From Ranitomeya imitator (lineage: Eukaryota), in the NCBI RefSeq assembly GCF_032444005.1, contig NC_091282.1:766444001-766508000 (forward strand): DNA of 64,000 nucleotides, in the 5' to 3' direction. The notes under the pieces were generated by a model. It was not told the DNA's origin and ran no database searches. It saw only the letters and a list, made by a program, of their open reading frames with translations. Below are positions 34,725-47,256 of the stretch, piece after piece; the first letter of the stretch is position 1; each line of letters opens with the position of its first letter. The position numbers and the translations under genes were made by a program.

Positions 34725-37510
34725 TGATTGTCGCTGATTGCATGTGATTGTATGATTGATTGGGATTATATGTGATCGTACGGCGCTCTGTCACTGATTG
34801 CATGTGATTGTATGATTGATTGGGATTATATGTGATCATACGGCGCCCTGTCGCTGATTGCATGTGATTGTATGATTGATTGGGATTATATGTGATCGTA
34901 CGGCGCTCTGTCACTGATTGCATGTGATTGTATGATCGATTGGGATTATATGTGATCATACGGCGCCCTGTCGCTGATTGCATGTGATTGTATGATCGAT
35001 TGGGATTATATGTGATCATACGGCGCCCTGTCGCTGATTGCATGTGATTGTATGATTGATTGGGATTATATGTGATCGTACGGCGCTCTGTCGCTGATTG
35101 CATGTGATTGTATGATCGATTGGGATTATATGTGATCGTACGGCGCTCTGTCGCTGATTGCATGTGATTGTATGATCGATTGGGATTATATGTGATCACA
35201 CGGCGCCCTGTCACTGATTGCATGTGATTGTATGATCGATTGGGATTATATGTGATCATACGGCGCCCTGTCGCTGATTGCATGTGATTGTATGATCGAT
35301 TGGGATTATATGTGATCATACGGCGCCCTGTCGCTGATTGCATGTGATTGTATGATTGATTGGGATTATATGTGATCGTACGGCGCTCTGTCGCTGATTG
35401 CATGTGATTGTATGATCGATTGGGATTATATGTGATCGTACGGCGCTCTGTCGCTGATTGCATGTGATTGTATGATCGATTGGGATTATATGTGATCACA
35501 CGGCGCCCTGTCACTGATTGCATGTGATTGTATGATCGATTGGGATTATATGTGATCATACGGCGCCCTGTCGCTGATTGCATGTGATTGTATGATTGAT
35601 TGGGATTATATGTGATCGTACGGCGCTCTGTCACTGATTGCATGTGATTGTATGATCGATTGGGATTATATGTGATCGTACGGCGCTCTGTCGCTGATTG
35701 CATGTGATTGTATGATCGATTGGGATTATATGTGATCGTACGGCGCCCTGTCACTGATTGCATGTGATTGTATGATCGATTGGGATTATATGTGATCATA
35801 CGGCGCCCTGTCGCTGATTGCATGTGATTGTATGATTGATTGGGATTATATGTGATCATACGGCGCCCTGTCACTGATTGCATGTGATTGTATGATCGAT
35901 TGGGATTATATGTGATCGTACGGCGCCCTGTCGCTGATTGCATGTGATTGTATGATCGATTGGGATTATATGTGATCGTACGGCGCCCTGTCGCTGATTG
36001 CATGTGATTGTATGATCGATTGGGATTATATGTGATCGTACGGCGCCCTGTCGCTGATTGCATGTGATTGTATGATCGATTGGGATTATATGTGATCGTA
36101 CGGCGCCCTGTCGCTGATTGCATGTGATTGTATGATCGATTGGGATTATATGTGATCGTACGGCGCCCTGTCGCTGATTGCATGTGATTGTATGATTGAT
36201 TGGGATTATATGTGATCGTACGGCGCCCTGTCGCTGATTGCATGTGATTGTATGATCGATTGGGATTATATGTGATCGTACGGCGCCCTGTCGCTGATTG
36301 CATGTGATTGTATGATTGATTGGGATTATATGTGATCGTACGGCGCTCTGTCGCTGATTGCATGTGATTGTATGATCGATTGGGATTATATGTGATCGTA
36401 CGGCGCCCTGTCGCTGATTGCATGTGATTGTATGATTGATTGGGATTATATGTGATCGTACGGCGCTCTGTCGCTGATTGCATGTGATTGTATGATCGAT
36501 TGGGATTATATGTGATCGTACGGCGCCCTGTCGCTGATTGCATGTGATTGTATGATCGATTGGGATTATATGTGATCGTACGGCGCCCTGTCACTGATTG
36601 CATGTGATTGTATGATCGATTGGGATTATATGTGATCGTACGGCGCCCTGTCACTGATTGCATGTGATTGTATGATTGATTGGGATTATATGTGATCATA
36701 CGGCGCCCTGTCGCTGATTGCATGTGATTGTATGATTGATTGGGATTATATGTGATCATACGGCGCCCTGTCGCTGATTGCATGTGATTGTATGATCGAT
36801 TGGGATTATATGTGATCGTACGGCGCCCTGTCGCTGATTGCATGTGATTGTATGATCGATTGGGATTATATGTGATCATACGGCGCCCTGTCGCTGATTG
36901 CATGTGATTGTATGATCGATTGGGATTATATGTGATCGTACGGCGCCCTGTCACTGATTGCATGTGATTGTATGATTGATTGGGATTATATGTGATCACA
37001 CGGCGCCCTGTCGCCGATGGTGCGGTGCCCTGTCGCTGATTGTGCGGCTGCAGCTGATTGTCACTGATTGCATGTGATTGTATGATCGATTGGGATTATA
37101 TGTGATTGTACAGCGTCCTGTCGCCGATGGTGCGGTGCCCTGTCGCTGATTGTGCGGCTGCAACTGATTGTCACTGATTGCATGTGATTGTATGATTGAT
37201 TGGGATTATATGTGATCATACGGCGCCCTGTCGCCGATGGTGCAGCTCCCTGTCGCTGATTGTGCGGCTGCAGCTGATTGTCACTGATTGCATGTGATTG
37301 TATGATTGATTGGGATTATATGTGATCATACGGCGCCCTGTCACTGATTGCATGTGATTGTATGATTGATTGGGATTATATGTGATCACACGGCGCCCTG
37401 TCGCCGATGGTGCGGTGCCCTGTCGCTGATTGTGCGGCTGCAACTGATTGTCACTGATTGCATGTGATTGTATGATTGATTGGGATTGTATGTGATCGTA
37501 CAGCGTCCTG
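34725..37510. repeat. 60-bp tandem array (about 38 regular units, then degenerate units) between the promoter and the ATG2B start
   Basis: Exact 60-bp period visible line by line; unit CATGTGATTGTATGATCGATTGGGATTATATGTGATCGTACGGCGCCCTGTCGCTGATTG. Confidence 0.98.
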
Positions 37511-38063
37511 TCGCCGATGGCGCCCTGTCGCTGATCGTACGGCGGCACTCTGTCTCTGAACGTACAGAACCCTGTCACTGATCTGGGTGCTGGGTCAGTG
37601 ATCATGGGTTTCCAGTGTTAGGGTTGTGTCCTGGCTGCATCTGTTGCTGATTGTTCCTGGTTGTACGGGGTTGTGCCTCTGACTTTGTTGCACATTGCTG
37701 TGATTTGCAACTTAGTTTTGTACCACTGACTATTGATGCGGTTGTATTGCTGATTGCATGTGATTGTCCCCTGATTGTGCTGCTGATTGTGATTGTTCTT
37801 GATTTTATTATTACATCTCTGGTATTACCTGATTGTGTTTGGTTGTATCACTTATTGTATTTGATCTGTTGCAGATTGGATGTGGCTGCGTGACCAGGAA
37901 TAGATGGATATTTTCAGGCAGAAGACAGAGAGTTTTTAATTCCCACCACCACTACCCCCACCAGAATTTCTTGATTTCCGGACCCCACGTGACTGATCTC
38001 TCCTCCCTGTACTGATGACTGGCGGCCCTGCGTTATAACCCAAGCAGCTCTCCTGTGGTCACC

Positions 38064-38225
38064 ATGCCGTGGCCCTTCTCCGAGTCCATCAAGAAGAGGG
38101 CCTGCAGGTACCTTCTCCAGAGATACCTGGGCCACTTCCTGCAGGAGAAGCTCAGCCTGGAGCAGCTCACCCTGGACCTGTACCAAGGCACCGGCACACT
38201 GTCACAGGTGCCGCTGGACAAGTGG
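38064..38225 (+). CDS. ATG2B: Autophagy-related 2B, coding exon 1 (MPWPFSESIKKRACRYLLQRYLGHFLQEK...VPLDKW)
   Basis: accATG Kozak context, 162 bp, gtacgt donor; the N-terminus is diagnostic for ATG2B rather than ATG2A. Confidence 0.97.
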
Positions 38226-39026
38226 GTACGTCTCTCGCCCCCTGGGGGAGGTGCACTACTTAATATCCTTTCTGTTTTGCCATCAGTGAATAGTAACAGA
38301 CAGAGGGGTTTCTGCAGTAGAGTCCACCTACTGCTGATGGGTTGTTACAATGTATCAGACTGGAGCTCTGACTGTTGGTGGTCTCTGCCAGTCATCAGTT
38401 ACCCGGCCCTGCAGCTATACTGGATGCAATTGTAGCGAACCCTCAACTGTGAGGTGCAAATAGAAATAGCAGAGATGACCACGTTTCTTTGTTTTTGGGA
38501 GCGGTCCCAGGGGATTGCAATTGTTTGGGTTTTTTCTCCACAATTTTCAAGATCTTTGTTGTCAGTGAGCGGTAACACTACACACTGGCAGGAGGTTGTC
38601 AGCGTAGAGACCCCTGTACAATGCCCTGCTTGTTGAAGACCGCAGAAGACGCTCCCTGCAGATATCCAGCGCTCCGCTAGAACATAGGAAGAGGGCCATT
38701 ACACAGGTCTACAAAAAAGAAAACAATCGGTGCCAAGGTTTTTTGAATGATTTTGGGTATTTTTCTGAATTGGTTCTAGTTATTGAGAATTCATCGTTGA
38801 AAATGATGCATTCCCCCTATGCGACTTGTGTGTGTGACATCTGCAATATCTTTGGGTCTTTTCACTCTTTACAAGTAATGAATTATCCCATATAATTTTG
38901 TTTTTCAATTTGTTGCTTACAGTGCTATAAAAGCCACTTTTTGAACCCAGAATTCTACTTTAATTAACAATTAAATATCTCAGAAACTAGAGACAATCTG
39001 GCGAAACAAAAGTCATATTCTTAGTC

Positions 39027-39900
39027 ATAGAATCCTAGAATTTTAGGTTGGAAGTAGCCTCCAGAGTCATCTGGTCCAACCCCCTGCTCAATGCAGGATT
39101 CACTAAACCATCTCAGACAGATGTCTGTCAAGCCTCTGTTTGAACACTTCCATTGAAGGAGAACTCGCCACCTCTTGTGGATGCCTGTTCCACTCATTGA
39201 TCACCCTCAGTGTCAAAATATATTTTCCAATATCTAATCTGTGTCTTCTCCCTTTCAGTTTCATTCCATTGTTTCTCCTGTTTTCATGTGCAGATGAGAA
39301 TGATGATCCCTCTACACTGTGACAGCCCTTCAGAAATTTGTAGACAGCTATTAAGTCTTCTCTTAACCTTCTTTTTTGCAAGCTAAACATTCCCAGATCC
39401 TTTAACTGTTCCTCGTAGGACATACTTTGCAGTCCGCTCACCATCCTGGTTGCTCTTCTATGAACTTGCTCCATTTTTTTTTCAATGTATTTTTTAAAAT
39501 GTGGTGACCAGAGCTGGACACAGTATTCCAGATGAGGCCTGACCAAGGAGGAGTAGAGGGAGATAATGACTTCATGTGATCTAGACTCTATGCTTCTCTT
39601 AATACATCCTAGAACTGTTTGCCATTTTTGCTGCTGCATCACCCTGTTGACTCATGTGCCATCTGTGATCTATTAGTATACTCAAGTTTTTTTCATACAT
39701 GCTATTGCATAGTTCTCTTCCTCCCATTCTGTAGATGTAATTTTAATTTTTCTTGCCCAGATGTAGAATCTTACATTTCTCCCTTTTTAAAACCATTTTG
39801 TTAGTTGCTGCCCATTGTTCCAGTTTGTTTAGATCTTTTTCAATCCTTTCTCTTCTCTAGTCTTAGCTTTCCCTCATAGCTTTGTGTCATCAGCACCATA
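39027..39900 (-). mobile_element. 5'-truncated CR1 LINE fragment
   Basis: RT C-terminus (LYSSLVRPHLEYCVQLWSP) and ATTCTAGG/ATTCTATG 3' tail repeats. Confidence 0.88.
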
Positions 39901-40049
39901 AACTTAATAAGAAAGAAAAAAAAAAATGTTCAGACATGATGGCACCAAAATCACTGCATACTAGTGTTATTTGGTTCCTGGGAAGGACAGGGTGAGAGGC
40001 AGCCAGTGAGGGGGGAGTTCTTGAAGTTGAGGTGTCGGAAGCGGGGGAA

Positions 40050-41750
40050 AAATGGGAAAGAGGAGCAATCTGAGTGGCTGTGACAAAGGGCTGAATTATG
40101 ATGAGTCAGAGCATTACTGGTGTTTGTCAGCTCTTGACGAGGCGTCGCCGCAATGTGGCGGCTCTTGGCTGGGCATCCCTGTAGTGCAGCGGCGTTTCGT
40201 GGCGGGTGTCCCTGTAGTGTGGCGGCAGCTCTAAGCGGGGCATCCCTGTAGTACGGCAGCTCTAGGGGTGGTGTCCCTTTAGTGCGGTGGCTCTTAGCAG
40301 GGCGTCCTCATAGTGCGGAGGCGGCTCTTGATGGAGCGTTCCCATAGTGCAGCGGCAGCTCTTGGCTGGGCGTCCCCGTAGGTCGGCGGCAGCTCTTGGC
40401 TGGGCGTCCCCATAGTGCGACGGGAGCTCTTGGCGGGGCGTCTCCGTAGTGCGACGGGAGCTCTTGTCGCGGCGTCCCTGTAGTGCGGGGGGGGGTTCCC
40501 TGTAGTTCGGTGGCAGCACTTTGTGGGATGTCCTCGTAGTGCAGCAGCGGTTGCTTTTGGAGGGGTGTCCCCATAGTGCGGCGGCTCTTTGGGGGGGGGG
40601 GGGTGTCCCCGTAGTGTGATGGTGGCTCTTGGCGGGGGGGGGGGTTCCCATAGTGCGGCGGCTGCACTGGGCATTGTGGCCCCCGAGTGCGGCGGTTCAC
40701 TTGCCTTTCTGACTAGACAAAAAACCCCAACACATTGTCACTATTATGAAAACCCCAATAAAATGGGGCGCATGTTGCACCAGATCAGGTTTCTGCAATT
40801 TGGTGGATGCCGGAGAGTTAATGTTCCTGGCACAATACTACGTGGATGATCATCCTCGTTACAAGTAGATGCGGATCGGCCGAAATTAAAAATGAATGAT
40901 GCGGGGATCTGTTCTCGGAGTAAAAGCAAGAATAATAGAGGAGGTGGCAACGTCCCGAAATGTCCATTACTTGGGTACAGATCTATTTCTGCATGTGCCG
41001 GGAGGGCAGGACTTGGGTTTCTGCAGCGGCTTCCTGCTCAGGCGGCAGGTTGCCTTAAAGGGGTATTGCTTATTAAGGCTATATGACTTATGCACTGGAT
41101 AGGTAATCACCGATGGCCGGATGGGGGGCAGGTAAGATATGGCAGCGCTATCTTTGTGGACTTTGAGTCCAGCGGATCCACTGCTCCATTTATCACCTCC
41201 ATTGATAGTGGCGGCACAAGTCCCTGTGATCTGTGGGTGCGATCTCTCATTGCGGTCAGTGATCAGCATCTCTTCCTGAGTTTGTCCTACTCGGTCAATG
41301 ATTGAAAATTCGCTGCAGCACAAATTTCCCGGCAGTGCGGATTTGAGGTCCGTCATGATTAAGTTTATGCTGCAGATGTCGCCCCTGGTAATGCTACGTC
41401 ACACAGGGTGAATGGCATCTTCTTATTGCTCTGTGGCCAAAAATCACATCACAAAGTCAGCCGGAATGGGATCATCTGGGACGAAGGTTGTCAGTGTGCA
41501 GCTGGCGACAGCCGACCTTGTGCTGCTATTTATCACCGTGTAAGAGGTGATGGCTCCTCATGTGCAGCATTGGGGAGATGCAAGGTGAACCCCACAGATG
41601 AGGAGTCTGTGCAGGGGTCTTCCCACAGCCACCATGCAGGAAAACAAAAATGCTTATTTACCCTGCTGTACCATCACACTGGGAAATGGACGATACCTGC
41701 ACAATGGAGCTGCAAATAGGAGCAACGGCTGAGATATAGGGACAAAGTGC
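40050..41750 (+). mobile_element. Possible highly decayed Tc1-like remnant interrupted by a GC-rich array
   Basis: MGKRSNLSGCDKG resembles Tc1 N-termini; scattered downstream similarity is weak. Confidence 0.3.
40140..40690. repeat. G-rich degenerate minisatellite (~31-bp unit GGGCGTCCCCGTAGTGCGGCGGCAGCTCTTG)
   Basis: Visible tandem periodicity. Confidence 0.85.
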
Positions 41751-41942
41751 AAGTGGGGGACCGAGAGATCACTGCAACGAATGACACATATTCTTGTATT
41801 ATACTCCAGAGCTGCACTCACTATTCTGCTGCTGCAGTCACTGTGTACATACATTACATTACATTACTGATCCTGAGTTACCTCCTGTATTGTACTCTAG
41901 AGCTGCACTCACTATTCTGCTTGTGCAGTCACTGTGTACATA

Positions 41943-43564
41943 CAGTACAGAGCAAAAGTTTGGACACCCCTTCTCATTTAAAGATTTCTGTGTTTTCATG
42001 ACTATGAAAATTGTACATTCACACTGAAGGCATCAAAACTATGAATTAACACATGTGGAATTATATACTTAACAAAAAAGTGTGAAACAACTGAAATTAT
42101 GTCTTATATTCTAGGTTCTTCAAAGAAGCCACCTTTTTCTTTGATGACTGCTTTGCACACTCTTGGCATTCTCTTGATGAGCTTCAAGAGGTAGTCACTG
42201 GGAATGGTCTTCCAACAATCTTGAAGGAGTTCCCAGAGATGCTTAGCACTTGTTGGCCCTTTTGCCTTCACTCTGCGGTCCAGCTCACCACAAACCATCT
42301 CAATTGGGTTCAGGTCTGGTGACTGTGGAGGCCAGGTCATCTGGCGTAGCACCCCATCACTCTCCTTCTTGGTCAAATAGCCCTTACACAGCCTGGAGGT
42401 GTGTTTGGGGTCATTGTCATGTTGAAAGATAAATGATGGTCCAACTAAACGCAAATCGGATAGAATAGCATGCCGCTGCAAGATGCTGTGGTAGCCATGC
42501 TGGCTCAGTATGCCTTCAGTTTTGAATAAATCCCCAACATTGTCACCAGCAAAGCACCCCCACACCATCACACCTCCTCCATGCTTCACGGTGGGAACCA
42601 GGCATGTAGAATCCATCAGTTCACCTTTTCTGCGTCGCACAAAGACACGGTGTTTGGAGCCAAAGATCTCAAATTTGGACTCATCAGACCAAAGCACAGA
42701 TTTCCACTGGTCTAATGTCCATTCCTTGTGTTCTTTAGCCCAAACAAGTCTCTTCTGCTTGTTGCCTGTCCTTAGCAGTGGTTTCCTAGCAGCTATTTTA
42801 CCATGAAGACCTGCTGCACAAAGTCTCCTCTTAACAGTTGCTGTAGAGATGAGTCTGCTGCTAGAGCTCTGTGTGGCATTGCCCTGGTCTCTAATCTGAG
42901 CTGCTGTTAACCTGCGATTTCTGAGGCTGGTGACTCGGATAAACTTATCCTCAGAAGCAGAGGTGACTCTTGGTCTTCCTTTCCTGGGGCGGTCCTCATG
43001 TGAGCCAGTTTCTTTGTAGCACTTGATGGTTTTTGCAACTGCACTTGGGGACACTTTTAAAGTTTTCCCAATTTTTCGGCCTGACTGACCTTCATTTTTT
43101 AAAGTAATGATGGCCACTCGTTTTTCTTTACTTAGCGTTTTTTTTCTTGCCATAATACAAATTTTTACGTCTATTCAGTAGGGCTATCGGCTGTGTATCC
43201 ACCAGACTTCTGCTCAACACAACTAATGGTCCCAACCCAATTTTTAAGGCAATAAATCCCACTTATTAAACCTGACAAGGCACACCTGTGAAGTGAAAAC
43301 CATTCCCGGTGACTACGTCTTGAAGCTCATCAAGAGAATGCCAAGAGTGTGCAAAGCAGTCATCAAAGCAAAAGGTGGCTACTTTGAAGAACCTAGAATA
43401 TAAGACATAATTTCAGTTTTTTCACACTTTTTTGTTAAGTATATAATTCCACATGTGTTAATTCATAGTTTTGATGCCTTCAGTGTGAATGTACAATTTT
43501 CATAGTCATGAAAATACAGAAATCTTTAAATGAGAAGGTGTGTCCAAACTTTTGGTCTGTACTG
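41943..43564 (-). mobile_element. Full-length Tc1-like transposon with DD38E spacing (Intruder-type)
   Basis: About 266-bp IRs (41943-42208 and 43299-43564) starting CAGTAC; TA on the left and TG on the right; open transposase ORF. Confidence 0.93.
42104..43153 (-). CDS. Tc1-family transposase, 349 aa
   Basis: Paired-like HTH, GRPR, WSDESKF, QHDND and SPDLNPIE; I count 38 residues between the second D and the E. Confidence 0.92.
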   Translation of the reverse strand: MARKKTLSKEKRVAIITLKNEGQSGRKIGKTLKVSPSAVAKTIKCYKETGSHEDRPRKGRPRVTSASEDKFIRVTSLRNRRLTAAQIRDQGNATQSSSSRLISTATVKRRLCAAGLHGKIAARKPLLRTGNKQKRLVWAKEHKEWTLDQWKSVLWSDESKFEIFGSKHRVFVRRRKGELMDSTCLVPTVKHGGGVMVWGCFAGDNVGDLFKTEGILSQHGYHSILQRHAILSDLRLVGPSFIFQHDNDPKHTSRLCKGYLTKKESDGVLRQMTWPPQSPDLNPIEMVCGELDRRVKAKGPTSAKHLWELLQDCWKTIPSDYLLKLIKRMPRVCKAVIKEKGGFFEEPRI

Positions 43565-44734
43565 TGCATTACATTACTGATCCTTAGTTACATCCTGTGT
43601 TATACTCCAGTGCTGCACTCACTATTCTGCTGGTACAGTTACTATGTACATACATTACATTACTGATCCTGTACTGATCCTGAGTTACATCCTGTATTAT
43701 ACTCCAGAGCTGCACTCACTAATCTGCTGGTGCAGTAACTGTGTACATACATTACATTACTGATCCTGAGTTACATCCTGTATTATACTCCAGAGCTGCG
43801 CTCACTATTCTGCTGGTGCAGTCACTGTGTACATACATTACATTACTGATCCTGAGTTACATCCTGTATTATATTCCAGAGCTGCACTCACTATTCTGCT
43901 GGTGCAGTCACTGTGTACATACATTACTGATCCTGAGTTACATCCTGTATTATATTCCAGAGCTGCACTCACTATTCTGCTGGTGCAGTCACTGTGTACA
44001 TACATTACTGATCCTGAGTTACATCCTGTATTATACTCCAGAGCTGTGTTCACTCATTCTGCTGGTGCAGTCACTGTGTACATACATTACATTACTGATC
44101 CTGAGTTACATCCTGTCTTATACTCCAGAGCTGCACTCACTATTCTGCTGGTGCAGTCACTGTGTACATACATTACATTACTGATCCTGAGTTACATCCT
44201 GTCTTATACTCCAGAGCTGCACTCACTATTCTGCTGGTGCAGTCACTGTGTACATACATTACTGATCCTGAGTTACATCCTGTATTATACCCCAGAGCTG
44301 CACTCACTATTCTACTGGTGCAGTCACTGTGTACATACATTACTGATCCTGAGTTACATCCTGTATTATACTCCAGAGCTGCACTCACTATTCTGCTGGT
44401 GCAGTCACTGTGTACATGCATTACATTACTGATCCTGAGTTAAATTATGTATTATACTCCAGAGCTGCACTCACTATTCTGCTGGTGCAGTCACTGTGTA
44501 CATACATTACATTACTGATCCTGAGTTACATCCTGTATTATATTCCAGAGCTGTGTTCACTATTCTGCTGGTGCAGTCACTGTGTACATACATTACATTA
44601 CTGATCCTGAGTTACATCCTGTATTATACTCCAGAGCTGTGTTCACTATTCTGCTGGTGCAGTCACTGTGTACATATAATACTTATCCAGTATTATGCTG
44701 CAGTGCTGCACTCACTGTTGTCTCCCGTTTCCAG

Positions 44735-44897
44735 AGTCTTAATGAAATAATGGAGTCGGCGGATGCCCCCCTGGAGGTGACTGAGGGCTTCATACAGACC
44801 ATCTCTCTGTCGGTGCCCTGGGGGTCCTTACTACAAGATAACTGTGCCCTGGAGGTGAAGGGGCTGGAGATGGTTTTCAGGCCAAGACCACGACCGC
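44735..44897 (+). CDS. ATG2B: ATG2B exon 2 (SLNEIMESADAPLEV...EMVFRPRPR)
   Basis: 163 bp, cag/gtatgt boundaries. Confidence 0.96.
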
Positions 44898-44970
44898 GTA
44901 TGTAAAAGTGTCCGGATGGCGCCAGTCCTCTGCTCCTTCTCAGTGTCCTCACTTCTGCTTTCCTGCGCAG

Positions 44971-45120
44971 GTTCGGCCTCGGAGCCGATGTACTGGTCCA
45001 GCTTTATGACCAGCAGCATGCAGCTGGCCCGCGAGTGTCTGAGCCAGAAGCTCACTGATGACCAGGAGTCGTCTCAGCCTTTCGAGGGATTGGAGAAGTT
45101 TGCAGAAACAATAGAGACTG
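44971..45120 (+). CDS. ATG2B: ATG2B exon 3 (SASEPMYWSSFMTSSMQLARECL...FAETIET)
   Basis: 150 bp, cag/gtaagt boundaries. Confidence 0.96.
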
Positions 45121-45465
45121 GTAAGTGTTTGTGTTTTTAGTGTCAGACTTCACCGTTGTGTCAAAAAGAGGTAAAAAGAACTGCTTAATAATGTGCACAC
45201 CAGAATCCTAGAAAAACAGATCAATGTTTATTAGAAGACAACATGGCCAACATTAAAAACCTCTACAAGTAAACACTCTGCCATCACCGTCTGCGGCATA
45301 TAACCTGCAAAATATATAGAACATATTCTAGTATGGCCACACAGTAACCAGGACAAAGCCATACATATATATTCATGGAACAGGCTAAGATCAGCAAACC
45401 ATTTTGATATTCTGTCCATATGGAGACATGCATAGAGATGGACTATAATTGTCCTGGGGACAGAG

Positions 45466-46672
45466 TGGTGGGCACAGTGTCCTTACACTGTATGCCCCTG
45501 CATCTAACAAGAAGATCAAAGGTGCAAACAATTGTACATGAAAACCGACATCCCAATTCCTACATAAGGCTGGTTTCACATTTGCGTTTTTTGCCGCTGC
45601 GTTTTAACGCATATAAACGCATGCGTTTTTTTTTCCCTATATTTAACATTAAAAACGCATGCGTTTTTTTTGTATGCGTTTTGCCGCGTTTGACGCATGC
45701 TTCGTTTCTATGCTTGCGTTTTGTTGCGGAAATGCAACATGTAGTAATTTCTAGAGGCGTTTTTTTTTTTTTGCCGCAAAAAAAGCATGCGTTTTTTGCC
45801 GCAAAAAAACGTATTGCTGTCTATGTAATTGCATGCGTTTTTAAGCACATGCGTTTGGTTGCGTTTTTTAACGCATGCGTTTCCATAGAGAAAAACAAGT
45901 CTACACACTGATAAGCCACCCCCCACCATCAAGGTGATAAAGGGATCCAAACCCTAACCCTATCCCTAGGGATCCAAACCCTAACCCTAGGGATCCAAAA
46001 CCTAACCGGGATCCAAACCCTAACCCTAGCCATTTCTATTTATAGTGGGTTTTATTTTTGATTTTTATGTTTGGCAGCTGTCACACACTAAAGACTCTTT
46101 TTATTACAAAAAATATTTTTTGCGTTACCACATTTTGAGAGCTTCAATTTTTCCATATTTTGGTCCACAGAGTCATGTCACACGCCCTCTGTAGTCCCAT
46201 TCGCGGTGTCTGGATCTTGATTTTTCTCTTGAGAAATTTCTCATCATGTGTACCAAAAAACGCAAATGCAGGAAAACCGCGTGTAAACGCGTAAAAACGC
46301 GGCAGTTTTTTAACCGCATGCGAAAACGCATGCGTCTAAAAAAACACAGCGTTTGTACGCGTTTACATGCGTTTTTTTCACCACCTGCGTTTGCGTTTTA
46401 AACGCAAATGTGAAACTAGCCTAATCCTGAGAATCCTGTATGTAATAAAGCCGCAAAGTTCCCTATGGGGTAAAGACGGGTAGATGACAGAAAGGAAGGG
46501 AGAGAGGATAGCGTCCGGCACCAGGTGGAGGGAAGAGCCCTGGAGAGATGGGTAGTGCCCGGAATCAATAAGGCAGGGATGTCGGTTTTCATGTGCAATT
46601 GTTTGCACCTTTGGAGTCCTTGTTAGATGCATGGGGCAAACAGTGTAAGGATAATGTGCCCACCATTCTGTA
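45466..46672. mobile_element. Hairpin MITE hosting a nested Harbinger-type element
   Basis: Arms 45466-45560 and 46575-46672 are reverse complements of each other. Confidence 0.65.
45568..46421. mobile_element. PIF/Harbinger-type non-autonomous element containing CCCTAA-like repeats
   Basis: TIR GGCT(G/A)GTTTCACATTTGCG, TSD TAA/TAA. Confidence 0.85.
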
Positions 46673-47078
46673 AGCCTCTGGAAGTATTATTCCCATTCAC
46701 TGACAGCAAGCAGAGATTATAAAACTAGTCACTGACGTTAAGGTGCGACGGGCAATGCATTGTATTGACGGCCAGATGGCACCTTGCTGTTATACAGCCC
46801 CGGCCCCGGGGGATGCATTGCTAGTGTTCACCTTATGTAATATTCCTGCTTGCTGTCAGTGAATAGAAATAATTCATCCAGGAACAACTTGAAGGCATAT
46901 GGCTCGTACAGACTGATGCCTTCATTTTACCCTAAACATTCTATAGGGAAGGGTGGTCCTCTGGATGGAAACCCCTCCTAACATGGCACCCCATCTGCCG
47001 CGTATTGTTAATTTAAGCAGAGGTATTACTATAATCCCGTTTTCATGAGCCGTCTTCTTTCACTGATGCATTTTACAG

Positions 47079-47181
47079 TCCTGCGACGAGTCCGCGTCAC
47101 GTTCATCGACACAGTGTTCAGGATAGAGAACATCCCCGAGAACTCCAAAACCGGATGTGCCCTGGAAATGCGTATCAGCAG
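47079..47181 (+). CDS. ATG2B: ATG2B exon 4 (LRRVRVTFIDTVFRIENIPENSKTGCALEMRIS)
   Basis: 103 bp, cag/gtaggc boundaries. Confidence 0.95.
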
Positions 47182-47256
47182 GTAGGCGACGGGACGTGTG
47201 ACGCGCCCCCTGTTAGTAGGCGGTGTAGCTCAACCCCCCTGATCCTGTACCCGCAG

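Larger units (their letters stand above)
41790..44715. repeat. 72-77-bp satellite (TACATTACTGATCCTGAGTTACATCCTGTATTATACTCCAGAGCTGCACTCACTATTCTGCTGGTGCAGTCACTGTG), split by a Tc1 insertion
   Basis: Tandem units on both sides of the transposon; the same family occurs at 61020-62050. Confidence 0.95.

Noticed and set aside
34615-36999. 794-aa ORF of 20-aa repeats (TITYNPNRSYNHMQSATGRR)
   Set aside because: A by-product of a 60-bp unit with one stop-free frame. Unit variants are mostly CpG transitions and change amino acids in this frame, and there is no unique N- or C-terminal domain.
38055-38435. ATG2A assignment, or a single-exon ORF
   Set aside because: The MPWPFSESIKKRAC N-terminus and the GSKIP/AK7 neighbours indicate ATG2B; the ORF past 38225 is intron.
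43741-44750. Multiple MYIHYITDPEL-type ORFs (also 61070-62052 and 13633-14120)
   Set aside because: Translations of satellite units.
45950-46030. CCCTAA telomere-like repeats
   Set aside because: Short, interrupted and internal to a TIR/TSD-bounded element; not an interstitial telomere or fusion scar.
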